NCBI GenBank assembly: GCA_964016885.1
Contig: OZ024741.1
Coordinates: forward strand, 620,001 to 684,000
DNA length: 64,000 nt
DNA from: Eledone cirrhosa
Lineage: Eukaryota
Direction: 5' to 3'
Of the stretch, positions 49,801-64,000 are shown one piece after another; position 1 is the stretch's first letter; each line of letters begins with the position of its first letter. Under the pieces are notes generated by a model. That model searched no databases and was not told the DNA's origin. It saw only the letters and a program-made list of their open reading frames with translations. The position numbers and the translations under genes were made by a program.

Positions 49801-52800
49801 TTGGGTTAACCCTGAAGAAGTGTACACATCTATCACAATTGGGTCAACCCTGAAGAAGTGTACACATCTATCACAATTGGGTTAAATCTGAAGAAGTGTA
49901 CACATCTATCACAATTGGGTTAACTCTGAAGAAGTGTACATATCTATCACAATTGGATTAACCCTGAAGATGTGTACACATCTATCACAATTGGGTTAAC
50001 CCTGAAGATTGTACACATCTATCACTATTGGATTAACCCTGAAGATTGTACACATCTATCACAATTGGGTTAACTCTGAAGAAGTGTACACATCTATCAC
50101 GATTGGGTTAACCCTGAAGATTGTACACATCTATCACAATTGGGTTAACTCTGAAGAAGTGTACACATCTATCAGAATTGGGTTAACTCTGAAGAAGTGT
50201 ACGCATCTATCACAATTGGGTCAACACTGAAGAAGTGTACACATCTATCACAATTGGGTTAACTCTGAAGAAGTGTACACATCTATCACAATTGGGTTAA
50301 CTCTGAAGTGTACACATCTATCACGATTGGGTTAACCCTGAAGAAGTGTACACATCTATCACAATTGGGTTAACTCTGAAGAAGTGTACACATCTATCAC
50401 AATTGGGTTAACTCTGAAGAAGTGTACACATCTATCACAATTGGGTTAACTCTGAAGAAGTGTACACATCTATCACAATTGGGTTAACTCTGAAACAGTG
50501 TACACATCTATCACAATTGGGTTAACTCTGAAGAAGTGTACACATCTATCACAATTGGGTTAACTCTGAAGAAGTGTACACATCTATCACAATTGGGTTA
50601 ACTCTGAAGTGTACACATCTATCACAATTGGGTTAACCCTGAAGAAGTGTACACATCTATCACAATTGGGTTAACCCTGAAGAAGTGTACACATCTATCA
50701 CAATTGGGTTAACCCTGAAGAAGTGTACACATCTATCACAATTGGGTCAACCCTGAAGAAGTGTACACATCTATCACAATTGGGTTAACTCTGAAGAAGT
50801 GTACACCTCTATCACAATTGGGTTAACTCTGAAGAAGTGTACATATCTATCACAATTGGATTAACCCTGAAGAAGTGTACACATCTATCACAATTGGGTT
50901 AACCCTGAAGATTGTACACATCTATCACAATTGGGTTAACCCTGAAGATTGTACACATCTATCACAATTGGGTTAACTCTGAAGAAGTGTACACATCTAT
51001 CACAATTGGGTTAACCCTGAAGATTGTACACATCTATCACAATTGGGTTAACTCTGAAGAAGTGTACACATCTATCACAGTTGGGTTAACTCTGAAGAAG
51101 TGTACACATCTATCACAATTGGGTTAACTCTGAAGAAGTGTACACATCTATCACAATTGGGTTAACTCTGAAGAAGTGTACACATCTATCACAATTGGTT
51201 TAACACTGAAGAAGTGTACACATCTATCACAATTGGGTTAACTCTGAAGTGTACACATCTATCACAATTGGGTTAACTCTGAAGAAGTGTACACATCTAT
51301 CACGATAGGGTTAACCCTGAAGAAGTGTACACATCTATCACAATTGAGTTAACTCTGAAGAAGTGTACACATCTATCACAATTAGGTCAACCCGGAAGAC
51401 GTGTACACATCTATCACAATTGGGTCAACACTGAAGAAGTGTACACATCTATCACAATTGGGTTAACTCTGAAGAAGTGTACACATCTATCACAATTGGG
51501 TTAACTCTGAAGAAGTGTACACATCTATCACGATTGGGTTAACCCTGAAGAAGTGTACACATCTATCACAATTGGGTTAACTCTGAAGAAGTGTACACAT
51601 CTATCACAATTGGGTTAACTCTGAAGAAGTGTACACATCTATCACAATTGGGTTAACTCTGAAGAAGTGTACACATCTATCACAATTGGGTTAACCCTGA
51701 AGAAGTGTACACATATATCACAATTGGGTTAACCCTGAAGAAGTGTACACATCTATCACAATTGGGTCAACCCTGAAGAAGTGTACACATCTATCACAAT
51801 TGGGTTAACTCTGAAGAAGTGTACACATCTATCACAATTGGGTTAACTCTGAAGAAGTGTACATATCTATCACAATTGGATTAACCCTGAAGATGTGTAC
51901 ACATCTATCACAATTGGGTTAACCCTGAAGATTGTACACATCTATCACTATTGGATTAACCCTGAAGATTGTACACATCTATCACAATTGGGTTAACTCT
52001 GAAGAAGTGTACACATCTATCACAATTGGGTTAACCCTGAAGATTGTACACATCTATCACAATTGGGTTAACTCTGAAGAAGTGTACACATCTATCACAA
52101 TTGGGTTAACTCTGAAGAAGTGTACACATCTATCACAATTCGGTTAACTTTGAAGAAGTGTACACGTCTATCACAATTGGGTTAACTCTGAAGAAGTGTA
52201 CACGTCTATCACAATTGGTTTAACTCTGAAGAAGTGTACACATCTATCACAATTGGGTTAACTCTGAAGTGTACACATCTATCACAATTGGGTTAACTCT
52301 GAAGAAGTGTACACATCTATCACAATTGGGTTAACTCTGAAGAAGTGTACACATCTATCACCATTGGGTTAACTCTGAAGAAGTGTACACTTCTATCACA
52401 ATTGGGTTATCTCTGAAGAAGTGTACACATCTATCACAATTGGGTTAACCCTGAAGAAGTGTACACATCTATCACAATTGGGTTAACCCTGAAGAAGTGT
52501 ACACATCTATCACAATTGGGTTAACTCTGAAGAAGTGTACACATCTATCACAATTGGGTTAACTCTGAAGAAGTGTACACATCTATCACAATTGGGTTAA
52601 CTCTGAAGAAGTGTACACATCTATCACAATTGGGTTAACCCTGAAGAAGTGTACACATCTATCACAATTGGGTTAACCCTGAAGAACTGTACACATCTAT
52701 CACAATTGGGTTAACTCTGAAGAAGTGTACACATCTATCACAATTGGGTAACCCTGAAGTGTACACATCTATCACAATTGGGTTAACTCTGAAGAAGTGT

Positions 52801-55800
52801 ACACATCTATCACAATTGGCTTAACTCTGAAGAAGTGTACACATCTATCACAATTGGGTTAACCCTGACGAAGTGTAAACATCTATCACAATTGGGTTAA
52901 CTCTGAAGAAGTGTACACATCTATCACAATTGGGTTAACTCTGAAGAAGTGTACACATCTATCACAATTGGGTTAACCCTGAAGAAGTGTACACATCTAT
53001 CACAATTGGGTTAACTCTGAAGAAGTGTACACATCTATCACAATTGGGTTAACCCTGAAGATTGTACACATCTATCACAATTGGGTTAACCCTGAAGATT
53101 GTACACATCTATCACAATTGGGTTAACTCTGAAGAAGTGTACACATCTATCACAATTGGGTTAACTCTGAAGAAGTGTACACATCTATCACAATTGGGTT
53201 AACCCTGAATATTGTACACATCTATCACAATTGGGTTAACCCTGAAGATTGTACACATCTATCACAATTGGGTTAACTCTGAAGTGTACACATCTATCAC
53301 AATTGGGTTAACTCTGAAGAAGTGTACACATCTATCACAATTGGGTTAACCCTGAAGATTGTACACATCTATCACAATTGGGTTAACTCTGAAGAAGTGT
53401 ACACATCTATCAAAATTGGGTTAACTCTGAAGAAGTGTACACATCTATCACAATTGGGTTAACCCTGAAGAAGTGTACACATCTATCACAATTGGGTTAA
53501 CTCTGAAGAAGTGTACACATCTATCACAATTGGCTTAACTCTGAAGAAGTTTACACATCTATCACAATTGGGTTAACCCTGAAGATTGTACACATCTATC
53601 ACAATTGGGTTAACTCTGAAGAAGTGTACACATCTATCACTATTGGGTAACTCTGAAGAAGTGTACACATCTATCACAATTGGGTAAACCCTGAAGAAGT
53701 GTACACATCTATCACAATTGGGTTAACTCTGAAGAAGTGTACACATCTATCACAATTGGGTTAACTCTGAAGAAGTGTACACATCTATCACAATTGGGTT
53801 AACTCTGAAGAAGTGTACACATCTATCACTATTGGGTAACTCTGAAGAAGTGTACACATCTATCACAATTGGGTTAACTCTGAAGAAGTGTACACATCTG
53901 TCACAATTGGGTTAACTCTGAAGAAGTGTACACATCTATCACAATTGGCTTAACTCTGAAGAAGTGTACACATCTATCACAATTGGGTGAACCCTGAAGA
54001 AGTGTACACATCTATCACAATTGGGTTAACTCTGAAGAAGTGTACACATCTATCACAATTGGGTTAACTCTGAAGAAGTGTACACATCTATCACAATTGG
54101 GTAACCCTGAAGAAGTGTACACATCTATCACAATTGGGTTAACTCTGAAGAAGTGTACACATCTATCACAATTGGGTTAACCCTGAAGAAGTGTACACAT
54201 CTATCACAATTGGGTTAACTCTGAAGAAGTGTACACATCTATCACAATTGGGTTAACTCTGAAGAAGTGTACACATCTATCACAATTGGGTTAACCCTGA
54301 AGAAGTGTACACATCTATCACAATTGGGGTAACCCTGAAGATTGTACACATCTATCACAATTGGGTTAACCCTGAAGATTGTACACATCTATCACAATTG
54401 GGTTAACCCTGAAGATTGTACACATCTATCACAATTGGGTTAACTCTTAAGTGTACACATCTATCACAATTGGGTTAACTCTGAAGTAGTGTACACATCT
54501 ATCACAATTGGGTTAACCCTGAATATTGTACACATCTATCACAATTGGGTTAACCCTGAAGATTGTACACATCTATCACAATTGGGTTAACTCTGAAGTG
54601 TACACATCTATCACAATTGGGTTAACTCTGAAGATTGTACACATCTATCACAATTGGGTTAACTCTGAAGAAGTGTACACATCTATCACAATTGGGTTAA
54701 CCCTGAAGAAGTGTACACATCTATCACAATTGGGTTAACTCTGAAGAAGTGTACACATCTATCACAATTGGGTTAACTCTGAAGAAGTGTACACATCTAT
54801 CACCATTGGGTTAACTCTGAAGAAGTGTACACTTCTATCACAATTGGGTTATCTCTGAAGAAGTGTACACATCTATCACAATTGGGTTAACCCTGAAGAA
54901 GTGTACACATCTATCACAATTGGGTTAACCCTGAAGAAGTGTACACATCTATCACAATTGGGTTAACTCTGAAGAAGTGTACACATCTATCACAATTGGG
55001 TTAACTCAGGAGAAGTGTACTAACTATCACAATTGGGTTAACTCTGAAGAAGTGTACACATCTATCACAATTGGGTTAACAATGAAGTGTACACATCTAT
55101 CACAATTGGGTTAACCCTGAAGAAGTGTACACATCTATCACAATTGGGTTAACTCTGAAGAAGTGTACACATCTATCACAATTGGGTTAAACCTGAAGAA
55201 GTGTACACATCTATCACAATTGGGTTAATTCTGAAGAAGTGTACACATCTATCACAATTGGGTTAACTCTGAAGAAGTGTACACATCTATCACAATTGGG
55301 TTAACTCTGAAGAAGTGTACACATCTATCACAATTGGGTTAACCCTAAAGAAGTGTACACATCTATCACAATTGGGTTAACTCTGAAGAAGTGTACACAT
55401 CTATCACAATTGGGTTAACCCTGAAGATTGTACACATCTATCACAATTGGGTTAACCCTGAAGATTGTACACATCTATCACAATTGGGTTAGCTCTGAAG
55501 TGTACACATCTATCACAATTGGGTTAACTCTGAAGTAGTGTACACATCTATCACAATTGGGTTAACCCTGAATATTGTACACATCTATCACAATTGGGTT
55601 AACCCTGAAGATTGTACACATCTATCACAATTGGGTTAACTCTGAAGTGTACACATCTATCACAATTGGTTTAACCCTGAAGAAGTGTACACATCTTTCA
55701 CAATTGGGTTAACTCTGAAGAAGTGTACACATCTATCACAATTGGGTTAACTCTGAAGAAGTGTACACATCTATCACAATTGGGTTAACCCTGAAGAAGT

Positions 55801-58800
55801 GTACACATCTATCACAATTGGGTTAACTCTGAAGAAGTGTACACATCTATCACAATTGGGTTAACTCTGAAGAAGTGTACACATCTATCACAATTGGGTT
55901 AACTCTGAAGAAGTGTACACATCTATCACAATTGGGTTAACTCTGAAGAAGTGTACACATCTATCACAATTGGGTTAACCCTGAAGAAGTGTACACATCT
56001 ATCACAATTGGGTTAACTCTGAAGAAGTGTACACATCTATCACAATTGGGTTAACCCAGAAGAAGTGTACATATCTATCACAATTGGATTAACCCTGAAG
56101 AAGTGTACATATCTATCACAATTGGGTTAACCCTGAAGATTGTACACATCTATCACAATTGGGTTACCCTGAAGATTGTACACATCTATCACAATTGGGT
56201 TAACTCTGAAGAAGTGTACACATCTATCACAATTGGGTTAACCCTGCAGATTGTACACATCTATCACAATTGGGTTAACTCTGAAGAAGTGTACACATCT
56301 ATCACTATTGGGTAACTCTGAAGAAGTGTACACATCTATCACAATTGGGTTAACTCTGAAGAAGTGTACACATCTATCACAATTGGGTTAACTCTGAAGA
56401 AGTGTACACATCTATCACAATTGGGTTAACTCTGAAGAAGTGTACACATCTATCACAATTGGCTTAACTCTGAAGAAGTGTACACATCTCTCACAATTGG
56501 GGTAACCCTGAAGAAGTGTACACATCTATCACAATTGGGTTAACTCTGAAGAAGTGTACACATCTATCACAATTGGGTTAACCCTGAAGAAGTGTACACA
56601 TCTATCACAATTGGGTTAACCCTGAAGAAGTGTACACATCTATCACAATTGGGTTAACTCTGAAGAAGTGTACACATCTATCACAATTGGCTTAACTCTG
56701 AAGAAGTGTACACATCTCTCACAATTGGGGTAACCCTGAAGAAGTGTACACATCTATCACAATTGGGTTAACCCTGAAGAAGTCTATACATCTATCACAA
56801 TTGGGTTAACTCTGAAGAAGTGTACAGATCTATCAAAATTGGGTTAACTCTGAAGAAGTGTACACATCTATCACAATTGGGTTAACCCTGAAGTGTACAC
56901 ATCTATCACAATTGGGTTAACTCTGAAGTGTACACATATATCACAATTGGGTTAACTCTGAAGTGTACACATCTATCACAATTGGGTTAACCCTGAATAT
57001 TGTACACATCTATCACAATTGGGTTAACCCTGAAGATTGTACACATCTATCACAATTGGCTTAACTCTGAAGAAGTGTACACATCTCTCACAATTGGGGT
57101 AAACCTGAAGAAGTGTACACATCTATCACAATTGGGTTAACTCTGAAGAAGTGTACACATCTATCACAATTGGGTTAACCCTGAAGAAGTGTACACATCT
57201 ATCACAATTGGGTTAACTCTGAAGTGTACACATCTATCACAATTGGGTTAACTCTAAAGAAGTGTACACGTCTATCACAATTGGGTTAACCCTGAAGATT
57301 GTACACATCTATCACAATTGGGTTAACTCTGAAGAAGTGTACACATCTATCACAATTGGGTTAACCCTGAAGATTGTACACATCTATCACAATTGGGTTA
57401 ACTCTGAAGAAGTGTACACATCTATCACAATTGGGTTAACTCTGAAGAAGTGTACACATCTATCACTATTGGGTAACTCTGAAGAAGTGTACACATCTAT
57501 CACAATTGGGTTAACCCTGAAGATTGTACACATCTATCACAATTGGGTTAACCCTGAAGAAGTGTACACATCTATCACAATTGGGTTAACTCTGAAGAAG
57601 TGTACACATCTATCACAATTGGGTTAACTCTGAAGAAGTGTACACATCTATCACTATTGGGTAACTCTGAAGAAGTGTACACATCTATCACAATTGGGTT
57701 AACCCTGAAGATTGTACACATCTATCACAATTGGGTTAACCCTGAAGAAGTGTACACATCTATCACAATTGGGTTAACTCTGAAGAAGTGTACACATCTA
57801 TCACAATTGGCTTAACTCTGAAGAAGTGTACACATCTATCACAATTGGGTTAACCCTGAAGATTGTACACATCTATCACAATTGGGTTAACTCTGAAGAA
57901 GTGTACACATCTATCACTATTGGGTAACTCTGAAGAAGTGTACACATCTATCACAATTGGGTTAACCCTGAAGAAGTGTACACATCTATCACAATTGGGT
58001 TAACTCTGAAGAAGTGTACACATCTATCACAATTGGGTTAACTCTGAAGAAGTGTACACATCTATCACAATTCGGTTAACTGTGAAGAAGTGTACACATC
58101 TATCACTATTGGGTAACTCTGAAGAAGTGTACACATCTATCACAATTGGGTTAACTCTGAAGAAGTGTACACATCTATCACAATTGGGTTAACTCTGAAG
58201 AAGTGTACACATCTATCACAATTGGGTTAACCCTGAAGATTGTACACATCTATCACAATTGGGTTAACTCTGAAGTGTACACATCTATCACAATTGGGTT
58301 AACTCTGAAGAAGTGTACACATCTATCACAATTGGGTTAACTCTGAAGAAGTGTACACATCTATCACCATTGGGTTAACTCTGAAGAAGTGTACACTTCT
58401 ATCACAATTGGGTTATCTCTGAAGAAGTGTACACATCAATCACAATTGGGTTAACCCTGAAGAAGTGTACACATCTATCACAATTGGGTTAACCCTGAAG
58501 AAGTGTACACATCTATCACAATTGGGTTAACTCTGAAGAAGTGTACACATCTATCACAATTGGCTTAACTCAGAAGAAGTGTACACATCTATCACAATTG
58601 GGTTAACTCTGAAGAAGTGTACACATCTATCACAATTGGGTTAACCCTGAAGAAGTGTACACATCTATCACAATTGGGTTAACCCTGAAGAAGTGTACAC
58701 ATCTATCACAATTGGGTTAACTCTGAAGAAGTGTACACATCTATCACAATTGGGTAACCCTGAAGTGTACACATCTATCACAATTGGGTTAACTCTGAAG

Positions 58801-61800
58801 AAGTGTACACATCTATCACAATTGGCTTAACTCTGAAGAAGTGTACACATCTATCACAATTGGGTTAACCCTGAAGAAGTGTACACATCTATCACAATTG
58901 GGTTAACTCTGAAGAAGTGTACACATCTATCACAATTGGGTTAACTCTGAAGAAGTGTACACATCTATCACAATTGGGTTAACCCTGAAGAAGTGTACAC
59001 ATCTATCACAATTGGGTTAACTCTGAAGAAGTGTACACATCTATCACAATTGGGCTAACCCTGAAGAAGTGTACACATCTATCACAATTGGGTTAACTCT
59101 GAAGAAGTGTACACATCTATCACAATTGGGTTAACTCTGAAGAAGTGTACACATCTATCACAATCGGGTTAACCCTGAAGAAGTGTACACATCTATCACA
59201 ATTGGGTTAACTCTGAAGAAGTGTACACATCTATCACAATTGGGTTAACCCTGAAGATTGTACACATCTATCACAATTGGGTTAACCCTGAAGATTGTAC
59301 ACATCTATCACAATTGGGTTAACTCTGAAGTGTACACATCTATCACAATTGGGTTAACTCTGAAGTAGTGTACACATCTATCACAATTGGGTTAACACTG
59401 AATATTGTACACATTTATCACAATTGGGTTAACCCTGAAGAGTGTACACATCTATCACAATTGGGTTAACTCTGAAGTGTACACATCTATCACAATTGGG
59501 TTAACTCTGAAGATTGTACACATCTATCACAATTGGGTTAACTATGAAGAAGTGTACACATCTATCAAAATTGGGTTAACTCTGAAGAAGTGTACACATC
59601 TATCACAATTGGGTTAACCCTGAAGAAGTGTACACATCTATCACAATTGGGTTAACTCTGAAGAAGTGTACACATCTATCACAATTGGCTTAACTCTGAA
59701 GAAGTGTACACATCTATCACAATTGGGTTAACCCTGAAGAAGTGTACACATCTATCACAATTGGTTTAACTCTGAAGAAGTGTACACATCTATCACAATT
59801 GGGTTAACTCTGAAGTGTACACATCTATCACAATTGGGTTAACCCTGAAGAAGTGTACACATCTATCACAATTGGGTTAACTCTGAAGAAGTGTACACAT
59901 CTATCACAATTTGGTTAACTCTGAAGAAGTGTACACATCTATCACAATTGGGTTAACTCTGAAGAAGTGTACACATCTATCACAATTGGGTTAACTCTGA
60001 AGAAGTGTACACATCTATCACAATTGGGTTAACCCTGAAGAAGTGTACACATCTATCACAATTGGGTTAACTCTGAAGAAGTGTACACATCTATCACAAT
60101 TGGGTTAACCCTGAAGAAGTGTACATATCTATCACAATTGGATTAACCCTGAAGAAGTGTACATATCTATCACAATTGGGTTAACCCTGAAGATTGTACA
60201 CGTCTATCACAATTGGGTTACCCTGAAGATTGTACACATCTATCACAATTGGGTTAACTCTGAAGAAGTGTACACATCTATCACAATTGGGTTAACCCTG
60301 AAGATTGTACACATCTATCACAATTGGGTTAACTCTGAAGAAGTGTACACATCTATCACTATTGGGTAACTCTGAAGAAGTGTACACATCTATCACAATT
60401 GGGTTAACTCTGAAGAAGTGTACACATCTATCACAATTGGGTTAACTCTGAAGAAGTGTACACATCTATCACAATTGGGTTAACTCTGAAGAAGTGTACA
60501 CATCTATCACAATTGGGTTAACCCTGAAGAAGTGTACACATCTATCACAATTGGGTTAACTCTGAAGAAGTGTACACATCTATCACAATTGGCTTAACTC
60601 TGAAGAAGTGTACACATCTCTCACAATTGGGGTAACCCTGAAGAAGTGTACACATCTATCACAATTGGGTTAACTCTGAAGAAGTGTACACATCTATCAC
60701 AATTGGGTTAACCCTGAAGAAGTCTATACATCTATCACAATTGGGTTAACTCTGAAGAAGTGTACACATCTATCACAATTGGGTTAACTCTGAAGAAGTG
60801 TACACATCTATCACAATTGGGTTAACCCTGAAGTGTACACATCTATCACAATTGGGTTAACTCTGAAGTGTACACATCTATCACAATTGGGTTAACTCTG
60901 AAATGTACACATCTATCACAATTGGGTTAACCCTGAATATTGTACACATCTATCACAATTGGGTTAACCCTGAAGATTGTACACATCTATCACAATTGGC
61001 TTAACTCTGAAGAAGTGTACACATCTATCACAATTGGGTTAACCCTGAAGAAGTGTACACATCTATCACAATTGGGTTAACTCTGAAGAAGTGTACACAT
61101 CTATCACAATTGGCTTAACTCTGAAGAAGTGTACACATCTCTCACAATTGGGGTAACCCTGAAGAAGTGTACACATCACAATTGGGTTAACTCTGAAGAA
61201 GTGTACACATCTATCACAATTGGGTTAACCCTGAAGAAGTGTACACATCTATCACAATTGGGTTAACTCTGAAGTGTACACATCTATCACAATTGGGTTA
61301 ACTCTAAAGAAGTGTACACGTCTATCACAATTGGGTTAACCCTGAAGATTGTACACATCTATCACAATTGGGTTAACCCTGAAGATTGTACACATCTATC
61401 ACAATTGGGTTAACCCTGAAGATTGTACACATCTATCACAATTGGGTTAAATCTGAAGTGTACACATCTATCACAATTGGGTTAACTCTGAAGAAGTGTA
61501 CACATCTATCACAATTGGGTTAACCCTGAAGATTGTACACATCTATCACAATTGGGTTAACTCTGAAGAAGTGTACACATCTATCAAAATTGGGTTAACT
61601 CTGAAGTGTACACATCTATCACAATTGGGTAACCCTGAAGAAGTGTACACATCTATCACAATTGGGTTAACTATGAAGAAGTGTACACATCTATCACAAT
61701 TGGGTTAACCCTGAAGAAGTGTACACATCTATCACAATTGGGTTAATCCTGAAGATTGTCCACATCTATCACAATTGGGTTAACTCTGAAGAAGTGTACA

Positions 61801-64000
61801 CATCTATCACAATTGGGTTAACTCTGAAGAAGTGTACACATCTATCACAATTGGGTTAACTCTGAAGAAGGGTACACATCTATCACAATTGGGTTAACCC
61901 TGAAGAAGTGTACACATCTATCACAATTGGTTTAACTCTGAAGAAGTGTACACATCTATCACAATTGGTTAACCTTGAAGCAGTGTACATATCTATCACA
62001 ATTGGATTAACCCTGAAGAAGTGTACATATCTATCACAATTGGGTTAACCCTGAAGATTGTACACATCTATCACAATTGGGTTAACCCTGAAGATTGTAC
62101 ACATCTATCACAATTGGGTTAACTCTGAAGAAGTGTACACATCTATCACAATTGGGTTAACCCTGAAGATTGTACACATCTATCACAATTGGGTTAACTC
62201 TGAAGAAGTGTACACATCTATCACTATTGGGTAACTCTGAAGAAGTGTACACATCTATCACAATTGGGTTAACTCTGAAGAAGTGTACACATCTATCACA
62301 ATTGGTTTAACTCTGAAGAAGTGTACACATCTATCACAATTGGTTTAACTCTGAAGAAGTGTACACATCTATCACAATTGGGTTAACTCTGAAGAAGTGT
62401 ACACATCTATCACAATTGGGTTAACCCTGAAGAAGTTTACACATCTATCACAATTGGGTTAACTCTGAAGAAGTGTACACATCTATCACAATTGGGTTAA
62501 CTCTGAAGAAGTGTACACATCTATCACAATTGGGTTAACTCTGAAGAAGTGTACACATCTATCACAATTGGGTTAACCCTGAAGAAGTGTACACATCTAT
62601 CACAATTGGGTTAACTCTGAAGAAGTGTACACATCTATCACAATTGGGTAACCCTGAAGAAGTGTACACATCTATCACAATTGGGTTAACTCTGAAGAAG
62701 TGTACACATCTATCACAATTGGCTTAACTCTGAAGAAGTGTACACATCTATCACAATTGGTTTAACCCTGAAGAAGTGTACACATCTATCACAATTGGGT
62801 TAACTCTGAAGAAGTGTACACATCTATCACAATTGGGTTAACTCTGAAGAAATGTACACATCTATCACAATTGGGTTAACCCTGAAGAAGTGTACACATC
62901 TATCACAATTGGGTTAACTCTGAAGAAGTGTACACATCTATCACAATTGGGTTAACCCTGAAGATTGTACACATCTATCACAATTGGGTTAACCCTGAAG
63001 ATTGTACACATCTATCACAATTGGGTTAACTCTGAAGTGTACACATCTATCACAATTGGGTTAACTCTGAAGTAGTGTACACATCTATCACAATTGGGTT
63101 AACCCTGAATATTGTACACATCTATCACAATTGGGTTAACCCTGAAGATAGTACACATCTATCACAATTGGGTTAACTCTGAAGTGTACACATCTATCCC
63201 AATTGGGTTAACTCTGAAGAAGTGTACACATCTATCACAATTAGGTTAACCCTGAAGATTGTACACATCTATCACAATTGGGTTAACTCTGAAGAAGTGT
63301 ACACATCTATCAAAATTGGGTTAACTCTGAAGAAGTGTACACATCTATCACAATTGGGTTAACCCTGAAGAAGTGTACACATCTATCACAACTGGGTTAA
63401 CTCTGAAGAAGTGTACACATCTATCACAATTGGCTTAACTCTGAAGAAGTGTACACATCTATCACAATTGGGTTAACCCTGAAGAAGTGTACACATCTAT
63501 CACAATTGGGTTAACTCTGAAGAAGTGTACACATCTATCACAATTGGGTTAACTCTGAAGAAGTGTACACATCTATCACAATTGGGTTAACCCTGAAGAA
63601 GTGTACACATCTATCACAATTGGGTTAACTCTGAAGAAGTGTACACATCTATCACAATTGGGTTAACTCTGAAGAAGTGTACACATCTATCACAATTGGG
63701 TTAACTCTGAAGAAGTGTACACATCTATCACAATTGGGTTAACCCTGAAGAAGTGTACACATCTATCACAATTGGGTTAACTCTGAAGAAGTTTACACAT
63801 CTATCACAATTGGGTTAACCCTGAAGAAGTGTACATATCTATCACAATTGGATTAACCCTGAAGAAGTGTACATATCTATCACAATTGGGTTAACCCTGA
63901 AGATTGTACACATCTATCACAATTGGGTTACCCTGAAGATTGTACACATCTATCACAATTGGGTTAACTCTGAAGAAGTGTACACATCTATCACAATTGG
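46824..64000. repeat. 38-bp satellite array (>17 kb, roughly 450 units, runs off window)
   Basis: Unit ctgaagaagtgtacacatctatcacaattgggttaac(t/c); 37-bp (gaagattg) and 35-bp (gaagtg) variants. Confidence 0.99.

Noticed and set aside
49214-61708. Repetitive ORFs in the satellite (YTSITIGLTLK...)
   Set aside because: Chance frame openings from 37/38-bp alternation; they start at non-ATG codons.
46824-64000. CRISPR array
   Set aside because: Repeat length is CRISPR-like, but units are contiguous with no unique spacers, there are no cas genes, and the context is eukaryotic.

Overview
AT-rich eukaryotic genomic DNA, very probably from an octopod cephalopod (inferred from repeat families I recognise; not database-checked). 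One host gene can be assembled on the minus strand from three phase-compatible exons (45183-45128, 34302-33383, 16227-16073; about 376 aa), encoding a multi-pass DMT/SLC35 (TPT-like) transporter. Its two large introns are packed with retroelements: R4/Dong-type RLE LINEs in (TAA)n tracts, CR1, a near-intact Tx1/L1 ORF2, RTE copies, tRNA-SINEs and a cleanly delimited Helitron. Bases 1-9.4 kb are a mostly head-to-tail, same-strand array of RTE-related elements, each separated by (TA)n/(TATG)n. The array includes an RTE with three C-terminal C2H2 fingers, a ~610-bp non-autonomous partner sharing its 3' stem-loop, an RTE with a PHD finger inside the RT region, and a Penelope-like inverted repeat with a variant hammerhead motif. 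From 46824 to the window end is a 38-bp palindrome-rich satellite with kb-scale higher-order duplications. Most listed ORFs are microsatellite or antisense artefacts.
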